Sequence record: NZ_CP072388.1
Length of the DNA: 64,000 bases
Strand: one strand, 5' to 3'
From: a plasmid
Both the position numbers and the translations under genes were made by a program. Shown here piece after piece: positions 18,927 through 27,530 of this stretch; within the stretch, counting starts at the first letter, position 1; every line of letters begins with the position of its first letter. The notes below the pieces were generated by a model. The model was not told the origin of the DNA, ran no database searches, and saw only the letters and a program-made list of their open reading frames with translations.

Positions 18927-20005
18927 GACCGAGTCAGCGTACGCACGGTGCGTGCGTGCGCGCTGACCGCCGCGGCGACGTGGGCGGCGTCGCGGTGCAC
19001 GCCGCGCAGCGTGTTCGAGGCGAACGAGCGCTGCAGCTCCAGCCCCACGAACCCCAGTCCCGGCCGGGCGAGCGAGATCCCGCCGCGCTGGCGCGGCATA
19101 CCGCGCTCGTCCAGCAAGGCCAGGTCACCGAGGTAGTCCAGCGCGGGCCGGTACCCGGTGGCCAGCACGAGGGCGTTGACGCGTTCGCGTGCCCCGTCTG
19201 CCCACACCACCCCGTCCTGGTCGACCGCGCTGAACATCGCGCGCGAGTCCACGGTGCCGTTCGCCAGCGCCTCGCGATAGCTGCCGGCGTCCAGGACCAG
19301 CGGCCCACGCACCACGCGTCGAAGCACCGCCGGGGGGAAGCGGTCGAAGCCGGTGACGCGGAACCAGAAGTGCACGTCCCGCCCCAGCGGGCGCTGGGTC
19401 GCGAACACGACGGGCTGGCGCGTCGCGAGGGTCACGTCGCTCACTTGCGCGAGCTCGTGCGCGATCTGCACCCCCGAGTTCCCGCCACCGACGACCACGA
19501 CGCGCTCCCCGGCGAACGACGAGGGATCGCAGTACTGGGCCGCGTGCACCACCCGGCCCGTGAAGTGCTCCAGCCCAGCAACGCTCGGACGCACAGGGTT
19601 GGCGAACGACCCCGTCGCCGCGATCACCCCGCTCGCGTCGAGCTCGACCCCGTCGCCCGTGCGCACCACGAACCCGGTCCCCGCCGGCTCGACCCCCACC
19701 ACCCGGGTTCCCGTCCGCACCTCGACCCCGAGGTGGTCGGCGTACCGGTGCAGGTGCTCGACCACCTCGTCCCGCGCCGGGTACCGGTCCGGGTCCCCCC
19801 CGAAGCCGAACCCGGGGAAGCCGCTGTACCGGGCCGGGGAGAACAGCCGCAGGCTGTCGTAGTACGACGGCCACGACCCCACCGGTCGGTCGCCCGCCTC
19901 CAGCACGAGCGGCTCGAGACCTCGCTCGCGCACGGCCCTGGCCGCGGCCAGGCCCGACTGGCCGGCACCGCTGATGATCACGGGGAGCGTCGTTGACGTC
20001 GTCAC
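18923..20005 (-). CDS. flavin-containing monooxygenase-like NAD(P)/FAD-binding protein (ArsO/ArsV-like)
   Basis: GTG start. IISGAGQSGLAAARAV (FAD) and a second dinucleotide site VVVVGGGNSGVQIAHEL. Sits in an ars context, divergent from arsR. Confidence 0.75.
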   Translation of the reverse strand: MTTSTTLPVIISGAGQSGLAAARAVRERGLEPLVLEAGDRPVGSWPSYYDSLRLFSPARYSGFPGFGFGGDPDRYPARDEVVEHLHRYADHLGVEVRTGTRVVGVEPAGTGFVVRTGDGVELDASGVIAATGSFANPVRPSVAGLEHFTGRVVHAAQYCDPSSFAGERVVVVGGGNSGVQIAHELAQVSDVTLATRQPVVFATQRPLGRDVHFWFRVTGFDRFPPAVLRRVVRGPLVLDAGSYREALANGTVDSRAMFSAVDQDGVVWADGARERVNALVLATGYRPALDYLGDLALLDERGMPRQRGGISLARPGLGFVGLELQRSFASNTLRGVHRDAAHVAAAVSAHARTVRTLTRS

Positions 20006-20069
20006 ATCCGTAACGTATCGATGATTCGCAATATGTCAATACGACGATGGATCGAGATACGCTCCAGGG

Positions 20070-20399
20070 ATGAGCACGCCGACAAGCCGCCCAGCGGTCG
20101 TGGAAGCTGCGCCGCTCGCGCTGGCCGAGGCGACGCACGACTTTCTCAGCGCGTTGGCGAGCCCCACACGCCAGCGTGTCCTGCTGCTGTTCGCGCGCGG
20201 CGGCGAGCTCGCGGTCGGGGAGGTGGCCGAACGTGCAGGCATCAGCCAGCCCACTGCATCCCAGCACCTGCAGATCCTGCGCCGTGGTGGCATTGTGACC
20301 TCGCGCCGCCAAGGCCGGGTCGTGCTCTACCGCGCCGACCGCGACGGCGTGGCGCGTGCGCTGAGCGACCTGCAGGCCTATCTCCAAGCGTGCTGCTGA
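20070..20399 (+). CDS. arsR: ArsR-family regulator with C-terminal Cys-Cys pair
   Basis: HTH ...QPTASQHLQIL. The protein ends ...LQACC, and has no CVC motif. Confidence 0.8.
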   Translation: MSTPTSRPAVVEAAPLALAEATHDFLSALASPTRQRVLLLFARGGELAVGEVAERAGISQPTASQHLQILRRGGIVTSRRQGRVVLYRADRDGVARALSDLQAYLQACC

Positions 20400-20426
20400 G
20401 CACCTGGAGGTCGTCGCGCCGCTCGC

Positions 20427-22955
20427 TCAGCCGTCTGGGTCCGAGCTCGCACGTTCCGCCCTGATGGCTGAGGGCGGCCCCGTAGGCGAGAGCTGGGCGA
20501 CCTCCTGCCTACGGGTTCGCAGGTGCCTGAGACTCTCTTCCAGGGCCGCAACCTCTCCGAGCCAGACTCGCTCGCGCGCCTCTCGCAGCCGGGCTTCGGC
20601 GTTCACGGTCATCTCGTCGAGGCGGCCGGCCTGTGCGGGGTCGACCTTGAGGAAGCGGCATCGGGTGCAGGCGTGCTCGTGCACGCACGGGGTGCCGTAC
20701 GGGCGGCGGCAGTCGCCGAGGGCGACCTTGCGCAGCAGGAAGTGTTGCTCGAACTCGTTCCACTCGTCGGGGGTGGCCGTGCGCAGCTCTTCCTCGGGGC
20801 GGGTGTGCCGGCGTCGCTCGACGAAGGCGTGGTGGGCCTGGATGACGTGCTCGGGGAAGACGGCTGTGTAGCCGCGGGTCGTGTCGAGGTTCAGATGCCC
20901 CAGGAGCGTGGAGACGATGTGCAGCGGGAGGCCTGCGCCGACGAGGTCGGTGGCGAACAGGCGTCTGAAGTCGTGCGGAGTGAACCGTACGGGGGTCTCG
21001 CCGTCGTGGATCCCTGCTCGGTCGGCGACCTGGTGCAGGAGCGTGCGCACGTACTGGGCGGAGAGCACGCTCTGCCGGGAGCCGATCCTGCGGGCGAACA
21101 GGTGGGGGAGCGGGTCGCTGAACACCTTCTCGTTCGGGTCGTACCGGACCGACAGGGGGACGCTCGGGCTGCCGCCGCGTGCGCGGCGTTGGACCTCGAC
21201 AAGGACCTTGACCAGGTCGGGGCTCATCGGGACGAGGCGTTCGGCGTCGGTCTTCGACGGGACGATGTGCAGCAGCGGCACGATGGTGTTGGTGGTCGGC
21301 GCGACGTAGTGCCGCAGGGACAGCTGCGTGAGCTCGAGGAGCTCTTCGATCCGCACTCCCGTCTCGCGCAACGACTCGACCACGGCCCATGCCCAGAAGC
21401 TGTCGGCCTCCAGGCGAGAGATGCACACCAGGCCGCGTTGCGCCGGTGGGATGCGGGCGTGCTCGGCGATCTCGACGATCCGGGCCCAGACCTGGTTGCG
21501 CGCAGCTCGGTTCGAGTGGAGGGGCGGGTCGTGGCGTTCGTAGGTGATGCCATCGACGGTGAACCGCTCGCCGTGACCGGCCGTGACGGCTGCGGCCAGC
21601 AGCCGGCTCCCGTCCTCTCGTAGCGCGTGGGCGGCGGCGGTGAACCGTGGAAGGTGCGGGGTGAGTGTCCGGGTACGTGCTTGCATGCGCGAGCGTCGTT
21701 GACGGTTGGCCTTCGACGCGCTCCGGGACTCGTGTCGTGGGACGGGGCAGGGCGCGACCCAGTAGGCCCAGCGTTCGGGCTCCTCGTGGGACCACTCGGC
21801 CAGGTCGCGGTAGAGCGCGCGTACCGAGAAGAACACCGACGCCACGTCGCGACGCGGGTGTCCGTCAAGAGTCGTGGCGAGCCGCTCACGCCACCGAACA
21901 GCGACCGCCGGAGCCAGACGCAAGTCGGCCTGATCCGGATTCAGGGCGAGGACCTGTCCCCAGAAGAGGCGCACCAGCCGATACGACAGGCCTTCCAACG
22001 ACCCGTAGTCCAGGCTCGCGCGCAGCTCGCCGAGGTAGTCGACCAGCAGGTCCAGAACCCCTGAGTGCGGGAGGCCGTACCGGGCGACGAGGGTCTGGAC
22101 GGAGTGCTGGCGAGAGTTCCCGGCTGCCGCCCAGGCGGCCCGTAGCGTCGGCGGTTCACCGGCGAGGGGCCCCAGCGCGACCAGGAGCTCCCAGGCCAGG
22201 TGCTCCTTGTTGTGCCGCTGGGAGGTACGCACGACGTCGGCGTAGGCGAGCAGATCGTCGCCCGTGAGCCGTCCCAGGCGCTTGCCGGTGCGGATCAGGA
22301 CTCGCGCCAGGCAGGTCTCGGCGTTGCGGCGCGCGAGCTCGGGCGCGTGCTCATAGGCGGACAGTGCCCGTAGCCGGACCATGGCGTCGGGTTCGGCGGT
22401 GTCGAGGAACCGGGCTGACGGGGCGCGCCGGTAGTGCGCGGCTCGCAGCAGCCAGGAGTAGGAGGGCCGCACCGTGCGCGCCTCGATGAGCGACATCACG
22501 GCGATCGAGACGAGCTTCCTGTGCACGCCGGTCTGGAGAGCGACGGCATCGATGCCGCCGTTCGGTGCGGCGTCCAAGCCGCTGGAGATCCACCGTTCCT
22601 CCCACGTCGATCCCGGGTGCTGGGCGAGCCAGGTCAGCACCCTGCGTACGGCACGGTCGCGGGCACGCTGAGCTTTCGGGAGCGGCTGTGAACGGCCGGA
22701 CAGGTAGGACTCGACCCAGGTGCAGGTTGCCTCCACATCGAGGGTCTGCACGTGCGCGAGCTCGTGGTCGGGCTCTCGCAGTGGCGGCAGTAGGGCGGTG
22801 TCGTAGGCGGGCCGACCGCGCGTCCTGCCGTCCTTGGAGTGCATCGGGTCCGGTGCAACGGCCGCACGAAGGACCCGGGTGCGCCGTCTCGTCTCGGCTG
22901 CCTGTGCGCGCGAGGGCAACCTCGGGTCGAGCGCCACCTCGCCGGTGCCGCTCAC
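20427..22955 (-). CDS. large tyrosine recombinase (Tn554 TnpB-like)
   Basis: C-terminal catalytic region R...HDFRRLFAT...LLGHLNLDTTRGYT (R-H-R-Y). 842 aa. GTG start overlaps the upstream recombinase stop (GTGA). Confidence 0.85.
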   Translation of the reverse strand: MSGTGEVALDPRLPSRAQAAETRRRTRVLRAAVAPDPMHSKDGRTRGRPAYDTALLPPLREPDHELAHVQTLDVEATCTWVESYLSGRSQPLPKAQRARDRAVRRVLTWLAQHPGSTWEERWISSGLDAAPNGGIDAVALQTGVHRKLVSIAVMSLIEARTVRPSYSWLLRAAHYRRAPSARFLDTAEPDAMVRLRALSAYEHAPELARRNAETCLARVLIRTGKRLGRLTGDDLLAYADVVRTSQRHNKEHLAWELLVALGPLAGEPPTLRAAWAAAGNSRQHSVQTLVARYGLPHSGVLDLLVDYLGELRASLDYGSLEGLSYRLVRLFWGQVLALNPDQADLRLAPAVAVRWRERLATTLDGHPRRDVASVFFSVRALYRDLAEWSHEEPERWAYWVAPCPVPRHESRSASKANRQRRSRMQARTRTLTPHLPRFTAAAHALREDGSRLLAAAVTAGHGERFTVDGITYERHDPPLHSNRAARNQVWARIVEIAEHARIPPAQRGLVCISRLEADSFWAWAVVESLRETGVRIEELLELTQLSLRHYVAPTTNTIVPLLHIVPSKTDAERLVPMSPDLVKVLVEVQRRARGGSPSVPLSVRYDPNEKVFSDPLPHLFARRIGSRQSVLSAQYVRTLLHQVADRAGIHDGETPVRFTPHDFRRLFATDLVGAGLPLHIVSTLLGHLNLDTTRGYTAVFPEHVIQAHHAFVERRRHTRPEEELRTATPDEWNEFEQHFLLRKVALGDCRRPYGTPCVHEHACTRCRFLKVDPAQAGRLDEMTVNAEARLREARERVWLGEVAALEESLRHLRTRRQEVAQLSPTGPPSAIRAERASSDPDG

Positions 22956-24151
22956 GGTGTCCAGCCGAGCAGCTCACGCACGGCCGCCGCGTCGTAGTCG
23001 GGCTCGACAGCAGCAGGTGGCGGCTTGGGGCGGGAGAAGTGCTCGAGCACCTTGGCCAACACGTCCTCCATCCGGGGCTGGGTGTAAATCGTCGTGGTGA
23101 AGATGTTCACGTGGCGAAGGACCGTCTGGACGTCGACCAAGGTGAATGCCGGGTCGGCCAGCAGGCGCTCGGCGGCCGTGTGCCGCAGGTCGTGCAGCGT
23201 CCAGTTCGATCCGATCCCGCGTTGCGCGCGCGAGAACATGGCCCGAGCCGCGTGGTAGGTCAGTGGTCTGAGTGCCGCCCCGGTGCGCGTCCACCAGACC
23301 CGATCGCCGGGTGCCGCCGGCTGACCTTCGCGCATGTACAGCGCCAGCCACACGAACGCGTCCGGGCTCGCCGGGACGCGTTCTGGCGCGCGGCTTCCCT
23401 TGGTGACGACGGTGATCGTGTGCTCCCCGAAGTCGTAATCTCCGTGCCGCAGCTCCAGCAGCTCGGTTGCCCGCACGCCGCTGGAGAGCCAGAACGACAG
23501 CAGCGCTCGGTCACGGTGACACGTCAGCGCGTCGAAGATCTGGTCGACGTACTCGTCAGGGATGCCGCGCCAGCCGATCCTGGGTACCCGCTGGCGGTAC
23601 GGCGCCCGGGCATGCCGGCGAAATTCACGCATCGGGTCCTGGTGGGCGTTGACGCGGCCCCTGCCGGAACGCTGGGCGGGGACAGGGTTCACCAGCGGAC
23701 CCAGATCCGCGGCGAGCGCAAAGTCGTAGAACCCGGCCAGCACCGAAAGTTGGTGGTTGATCGTGCGCGGAGCAAAGCCTGTCGCGGGACTCGCCCTGCC
23801 GGTAACCATGTTGATCTCGGCGCCACGCTCTCCGCGTCGTAACGCGGTCGCCGTCGGTGCCGCCCGTAAGTACTCCACGAAGGCGCGCACGTCGACACGC
23901 TCAGCACGCTCCCACGCCACGAGCCGCTGGTGGAGGAACCGGAACCACCGGAGCAAGTCGTAGGCGTAGCTGCGGACCGTCGCGGGACTGCAGTCCGACG
24001 CAGACAGATCACGCAGGTACAAGGAGGCTGCTGCGTGCTCGAGATCGGGGAACACGACCCGGAACGGCAGGCCGGAGTCGCACTCCACGACCCGGCCCAC
24101 GGCGCCCGTCACGCGCGACAGCGTCCCATGACGCACACCGCACGTCACCAC
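22952..24151 (-). CDS. tyrosine recombinase (Tn554 TnpA-like / XerD-like)
   Basis: N-terminal SAM-like core-binding region. Catalytic HDLRHTAAERLL...LRHVNIFTTTIYT. Confidence 0.85.
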   Translation of the reverse strand: MVTCGVRHGTLSRVTGAVGRVVECDSGLPFRVVFPDLEHAAASLYLRDLSASDCSPATVRSYAYDLLRWFRFLHQRLVAWERAERVDVRAFVEYLRAAPTATALRRGERGAEINMVTGRASPATGFAPRTINHQLSVLAGFYDFALAADLGPLVNPVPAQRSGRGRVNAHQDPMREFRRHARAPYRQRVPRIGWRGIPDEYVDQIFDALTCHRDRALLSFWLSSGVRATELLELRHGDYDFGEHTITVVTKGSRAPERVPASPDAFVWLALYMREGQPAAPGDRVWWTRTGAALRPLTYHAARAMFSRAQRGIGSNWTLHDLRHTAAERLLADPAFTLVDVQTVLRHVNIFTTTIYTQPRMEDVLAKVLEHFSRPKPPPAAVEPDYDAAAVRELLGWTP

Positions 24152-24184
24152 TCGATCTAGGAAGTTCAGTCAACGTGCCGGTGC

Positions 24185-25063
24185 GTGCTCGTGCGCGACG
24201 ACGCGGGCGTGAGCCTGTGGTCGCGGCGTGGCACCGACCTGACGGCGACGTTCCCGGAGATCGCGGCCGCGGCCGCGGAGCAGGTCGCGCCGGGGGCCGT
24301 GCTCGACGGTGAGCTCGTGGTCTGGACCGGGGGCCGGCTCGACTTCGAGGTCTTGCAGGAGCGGATGGGCCGCGGCGCGCGCAGCGCGGCCGCGCACGCC
24401 CGGCGCCGGCCCGCGTCGTTCGCGCTGTTCGACGTCCTCGCCGTCGACGGGCGCGACGTGCGCGGGCGGCCGCTGCGCGAGCGGCGCGCGCTGCTCGAGG
24501 AGGCCGCGACGTCGTGGCGCCCGCCGCTGAACCTGTCCCCGGTGACCGGCGACGTCGACGAGGCGCGCGAGTGGTTCGAGACGTACACGGTGGCCGGTGT
24601 CGAAGGCTTGGTCGTCAAGGGCGCCGGCGAGGCGTACCGGGGCGGGGAGCGGGCCTGGTTGAAGGTCAAGCACCGGGCCACGCTCGACGTCGTGTGCGCC
24701 GCGGTGATCGGCACCATGACCCAGCCGCAACAGGTCGTAGCCGGCCTGCCGATCGACGGCGAGCTGCGCATCGTCGGGCGCACCGGCCCGCTCACGCCGA
24801 CGGCGCGCCGCGCTCTCGCCGTCCACCTGCGACCGCCAGCAGGGGAGCACCCCTGGCCGGCGCAGGTGGCACCGGGTGCGTTCGGCCGGTTCAACGCCGA
24901 CCGCTCCGAACCGGTCACGCTCACGCGGGTCGAGCCGCTCGTCGTCGAGGTCAGCGCCGACGCCGCCTGGTCAGGCCGGTCTTTCCGCCACGCCCTACGT
25001 CTGCTCCGCGCCCGCCCGGACGCCGAGGTCTCCGCCGTGGAACCGCCACGTCGGGGCCAGTGA
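24185..25063 (+). pseudogene. ATP-dependent DNA ligase (LigD-like ligase domain), 5'-truncated
   Basis: Motifs GVEGLVVKGAGEAYRGGERAWLKVK (ligase motifs V/VI). The KxDG adenylation motif is absent. An in-frame stop lies at 24158-24160, immediately upstream. Confidence 0.6.
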
Positions 25064-25085
25064 TCGACCCTATGGGCTTGCGGCT

Positions 25086-25118
25086 GGGCCCCGCCCGAGC
25101 GTGCTCGGGCGGGGCCCC
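25086..25118. terminator. strong hairpin (15-bp perfect stem, 3-nt loop)
   Basis: GGGCCCCGCCCGAGC-gtg-GCTCGGGCGGGGCCC, 23 nt after the ligase stop. Confidence 0.5.
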
Positions 25119-25438
25119 GTCGCTACGGCTGTTCGCCGCCGGCTTCCGTGCCGACCGTCGAGCTCTGGCTACCGGTGATGGGGCTCAGGCACTGGGCGAG
25201 GTCCGGCGCCTGGGTGGGGCCGCCGAACCCCAGAAGCGAGAGCGCCAGGAGGACGATCGCGACGTTGCTGTAGGAATCAGCGGGCCGCTGATCAGGGGGG
25301 ATGGACATGGACACCTTCCTTGTAGGAAACGAGGGAGGTGGCCAGCCATGCGAACGCTCGCACGCAGGGAGTGGCCTCGTGGTGTGCAGCGCTCAGCGCG
25401 ACGCTGGCTGTAGTGCCGAGCACTACAGGCAGTGATGG

Positions 25439-25480
25439 GTTGAACACGTCACCGCGAGGCTTGGCCCTGACGTGTTCAAC
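25439..25480. repeat. 13-bp perfect inverted repeat with 16-nt spacer
   Basis: GTTGAACACGTCA...TGACGTGTTCAAC. A further palindrome AGTCGTCAAACGACT lies at 25492-25506. The surrounding region has no confident CDS. Confidence 0.4.
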
Positions 25481-26272
25481 ATGTCAGGATGAGTCGTCAA
25501 ACGACTGACAGCACGCATGGCTAGCCACCGAGTGAGCCGATATGCAGTTGTCGACGAGGGCCGGGTCAGTTGCAGCTGCCCGGCTCTTCGTCTGTCCGGC
25601 GGGACCTCGAAGGAGACCGGTGGAACTTCGTATGTGTAAGCCTGTCGGTGGCCCCTAGCGGACGGCTACACAGTACTTGAGTGAGCCCACCGGCTGAATG
25701 GCGTGACACCACGCTTTCGATATCGGATACGGCGTTCGACTGGTCGGAAGTGAGTGATCGTCTGCCGGGTGCCTCGCTCGGTACGTAGGTGAGCTGTCGC
25801 CCGTGGTGCACGAGGTGGTCGTCGTAGATGTGCACTTCACCCCGCCGGCCCGCACGAAGTCGCCAGGCCTAAAGGCTGGGGTGCGCTGTGACGATGCCGA
25901 GGGGCGCGTGTACGGAGCGCTGTTGAACGGCACGCCGCGGAACAGGTCGGCTGTGCGGTGGTAGTGCTGGCAGCGTCGGCGGGGATGTTGCGGATCTGCC
26001 CGATCACTCGCGCAAGGTGGTCGACGTGGCGGCCGTCCGGCATCGGCCACGAGGCCGCGGGCGGCTGCAGGCCGAGATGAGCTCGCAGGCGGCGTCCGCT
26101 CACTCGTCCCAGAAGCTCACGCCGCGCTCCTGCAGCCAGCACACACCACCTGACTCACCACGCAGGAACCACATCAGCTCGTGCGGCAGGGAGACTCCGG
26201 GTGCACGAGTTCGGCGTCTGTGTCGGAGCGCCCCGACATAGTTCGTCAGAGTCCCAACTAGGAGGCGCAGCA

Positions 26273-26458
26273 GTGATTGTCCATGGCACCTACCAAGCCG
26301 TGCCACAGCCCGGGCAGCCTGCGGACGGGCCCGTGCGCGAGGCCACCGTCGAGGCTGCCACCTACGAGGTGGCTCGTGCCATGCTCGACGAGCAGGTGCA
26401 GGACGGCGAACGACTCATCGGAATCCGGGTCGAGGGCCGCGCCGACGAGCACCCGTAG
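26273..26458 (+). CDS. small hypothetical protein (61 aa)
   Basis: GGAGG 7 nt upstream of GTG. Otherwise unassigned. Confidence 0.4.
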   Translation: MIVHGTYQAVPQPGQPADGPVREATVEAATYEVARAMLDEQVQDGERLIGIRVEGRADEHP

Positions 26459-26469
26459 GCGCGGCCGCG

Positions 26470-26763
26470 TCAGCGCCGCTCGACGGCGTCGGCCCACAGC
26501 CAGGCCCAGCCCTCGCGTCCGGCCGGGGACACGTACCTGATGTGGACCTGGCGACCGGCCCATGCGATGGCCTCGCCGTCGACGTGCGCCTCGCCGCTCT
26601 GGCGCTGGGTAATCCATGCCCGCACGGGGATGCCCTCCGGCGGCCGCACGATCGGCACGCCGCGGCGCGCGAGCTCGGGCGCCTCCTCGGCGTGGTCGCG
26701 CAGCGGCACCGTCTCGATGCCGGACGGCCACCCGCCCACCGGTGGACGTCGACGAGATCCCAC
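26470..26763 (-). CDS. hypothetical protein divergent from the ImuA-like gene
   Basis: 97-aa ORF whose start lies 13 nt from the LexA box. No recognisable family. Confidence 0.3.
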   Translation of the reverse strand: MGSRRRPPVGGWPSGIETVPLRDHAEEAPELARRGVPIVRPPEGIPVRAWITQRQSGEAHVDGEAIAWAGRQVHIRYVSPAGREGWAWLWADAVERR

Positions 26764-26773
26764 CCCCCAACGT

Positions 26774-26789
26774 TAGAACATATGTTCGA
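26774..26789. promoter_or_regulatory. LexA (Cheo-type SOS) box
   Basis: TAGAACATATGTTCGA contains GAAC-N4-GTTC, matching the Gram-positive/actinobacterial LexA consensus CGAACRNRYGTTCG. Located in a divergent promoter. Confidence 0.5.
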
Positions 26790-26810
26790 GTCAGGCCGCA
26801 TACTGGGAGG

Positions 26811-27518
26811 GTGAGTGCGACCGCCGCGGACGCGTTGGAGGTGGCTCGCGCGGCCTTGCACCGTGCCGAGCTGCGCACCGGCGTGCGCACCCTGCGCCCG
26901 GCCGTCGTCGACGTCGACGACACGCCCCGGCCCCTTGGCGCGCTGTTCGACGAGGGGCGCCTGCCCGCCGGGGCGGCGAGCGTCGTGGCCGGGTCGACGA
27001 GCCTGCTCCTGGCCCTGCTCGCGATGTCGCAGGGGCCGGCGGACTGGGTCGCGTTCGTCGGCATGCCCGACCTCGGGGTGCTCGCCGCGGCCGACGCCGG
27101 CGTCGACCTTGACCGGGTCGCGCTCGTGCCGCGCGTGGGGCACGACGGCGCGACCGTGCTCGCCGCGCTGCTCGACGGCTTCGCATACGTCGCGGTCGGG
27201 CCGGGCGTCGCGCTGACAGCGGCCGAGCGCCGGCGCCTGCTCGCCCGCGCCCGAGAGCGCGGCGCGGGGCTGGTGACCACGCGCCCGTGGGAGCAGGCCG
27301 CCGTGCGGCTCGAGGTGGCCGCGCACCGCTGGTCCGGCGTCGACCGGGGCGGGCGGTACCTGCGCCGCTGCGAGCTCGACGTCGAACGCACCACCCGCGG
27401 CGCCACCGACCGGTGGACCCTGACCCTGCCCACACCCGCCGGCCCGCTCGTCGACGCGATCGCGGGGGAGGCCCGACCCGCCCGCGCGCAGCGCGGCGCG
27501 CTGCGCCTCGTCAGCTAG
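26811..27518 (+). CDS. ImuA/SulA-like RecA-fold protein (SOS-regulated)
   Basis: GSTSLLLALLAMSQGPADWVAFVGMPDLGVLAAADAGVDLDRVALVP resembles ImuA'/SulA family cores. A LexA box is immediately upstream. GTG start abuts GGGAGG. Confidence 0.55.
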   Translation: MSATAADALEVARAALHRAELRTGVRTLRPAVVDVDDTPRPLGALFDEGRLPAGAASVVAGSTSLLLALLAMSQGPADWVAFVGMPDLGVLAAADAGVDLDRVALVPRVGHDGATVLAALLDGFAYVAVGPGVALTAAERRRLLARARERGAGLVTTRPWEQAAVRLEVAAHRWSGVDRGGRYLRRCELDVERTTRGATDRWTLTLPTPAGPLVDAIAGEARPARAQRGALRLVS

Positions 27519-27530
27519 AGCGGACGCGCG

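Larger units (their letters stand above)
20427..24184 (-). mobile_element. tandem tyrosine-recombinase module (Tn554-family-like), right end of a probable insertion
   Basis: Two coupled recombinases read leftward. A 5'-truncated ligase gene begins 34 nt beyond the tnpA-like start. Confidence 0.5.

Noticed and set aside
17463-20387. Plus-strand 557-aa and 373-aa ORFs and a minus-strand 420-aa ORF over the MFS/FMO genes
   Set aside because: Low-complexity translations. The opposite strand encodes clear MFS and Rossmann motifs.
24166-24924. Minus-strand 252-aa and 226-aa ORFs opposite the ligase fragment
   Set aside because: The ligase motifs are on the plus strand. The minus frames are compositionally biased.
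25560-25800. Possible tRNA/tmRNA integration target in the low-GC stretch after the ligase fragment
   Set aside because: I could not find a convincing cloverleaf (no GTTCRANYC T-loop with flanking stems, no D-arm). Left as unassigned.
26415-27435. Minus-strand 303/214-aa ORFs overlapping the ImuA-like gene
   Set aside because: Pro/Arg/Ala low complexity. The plus-strand gene has an RBS, a LexA box and a family-like core.
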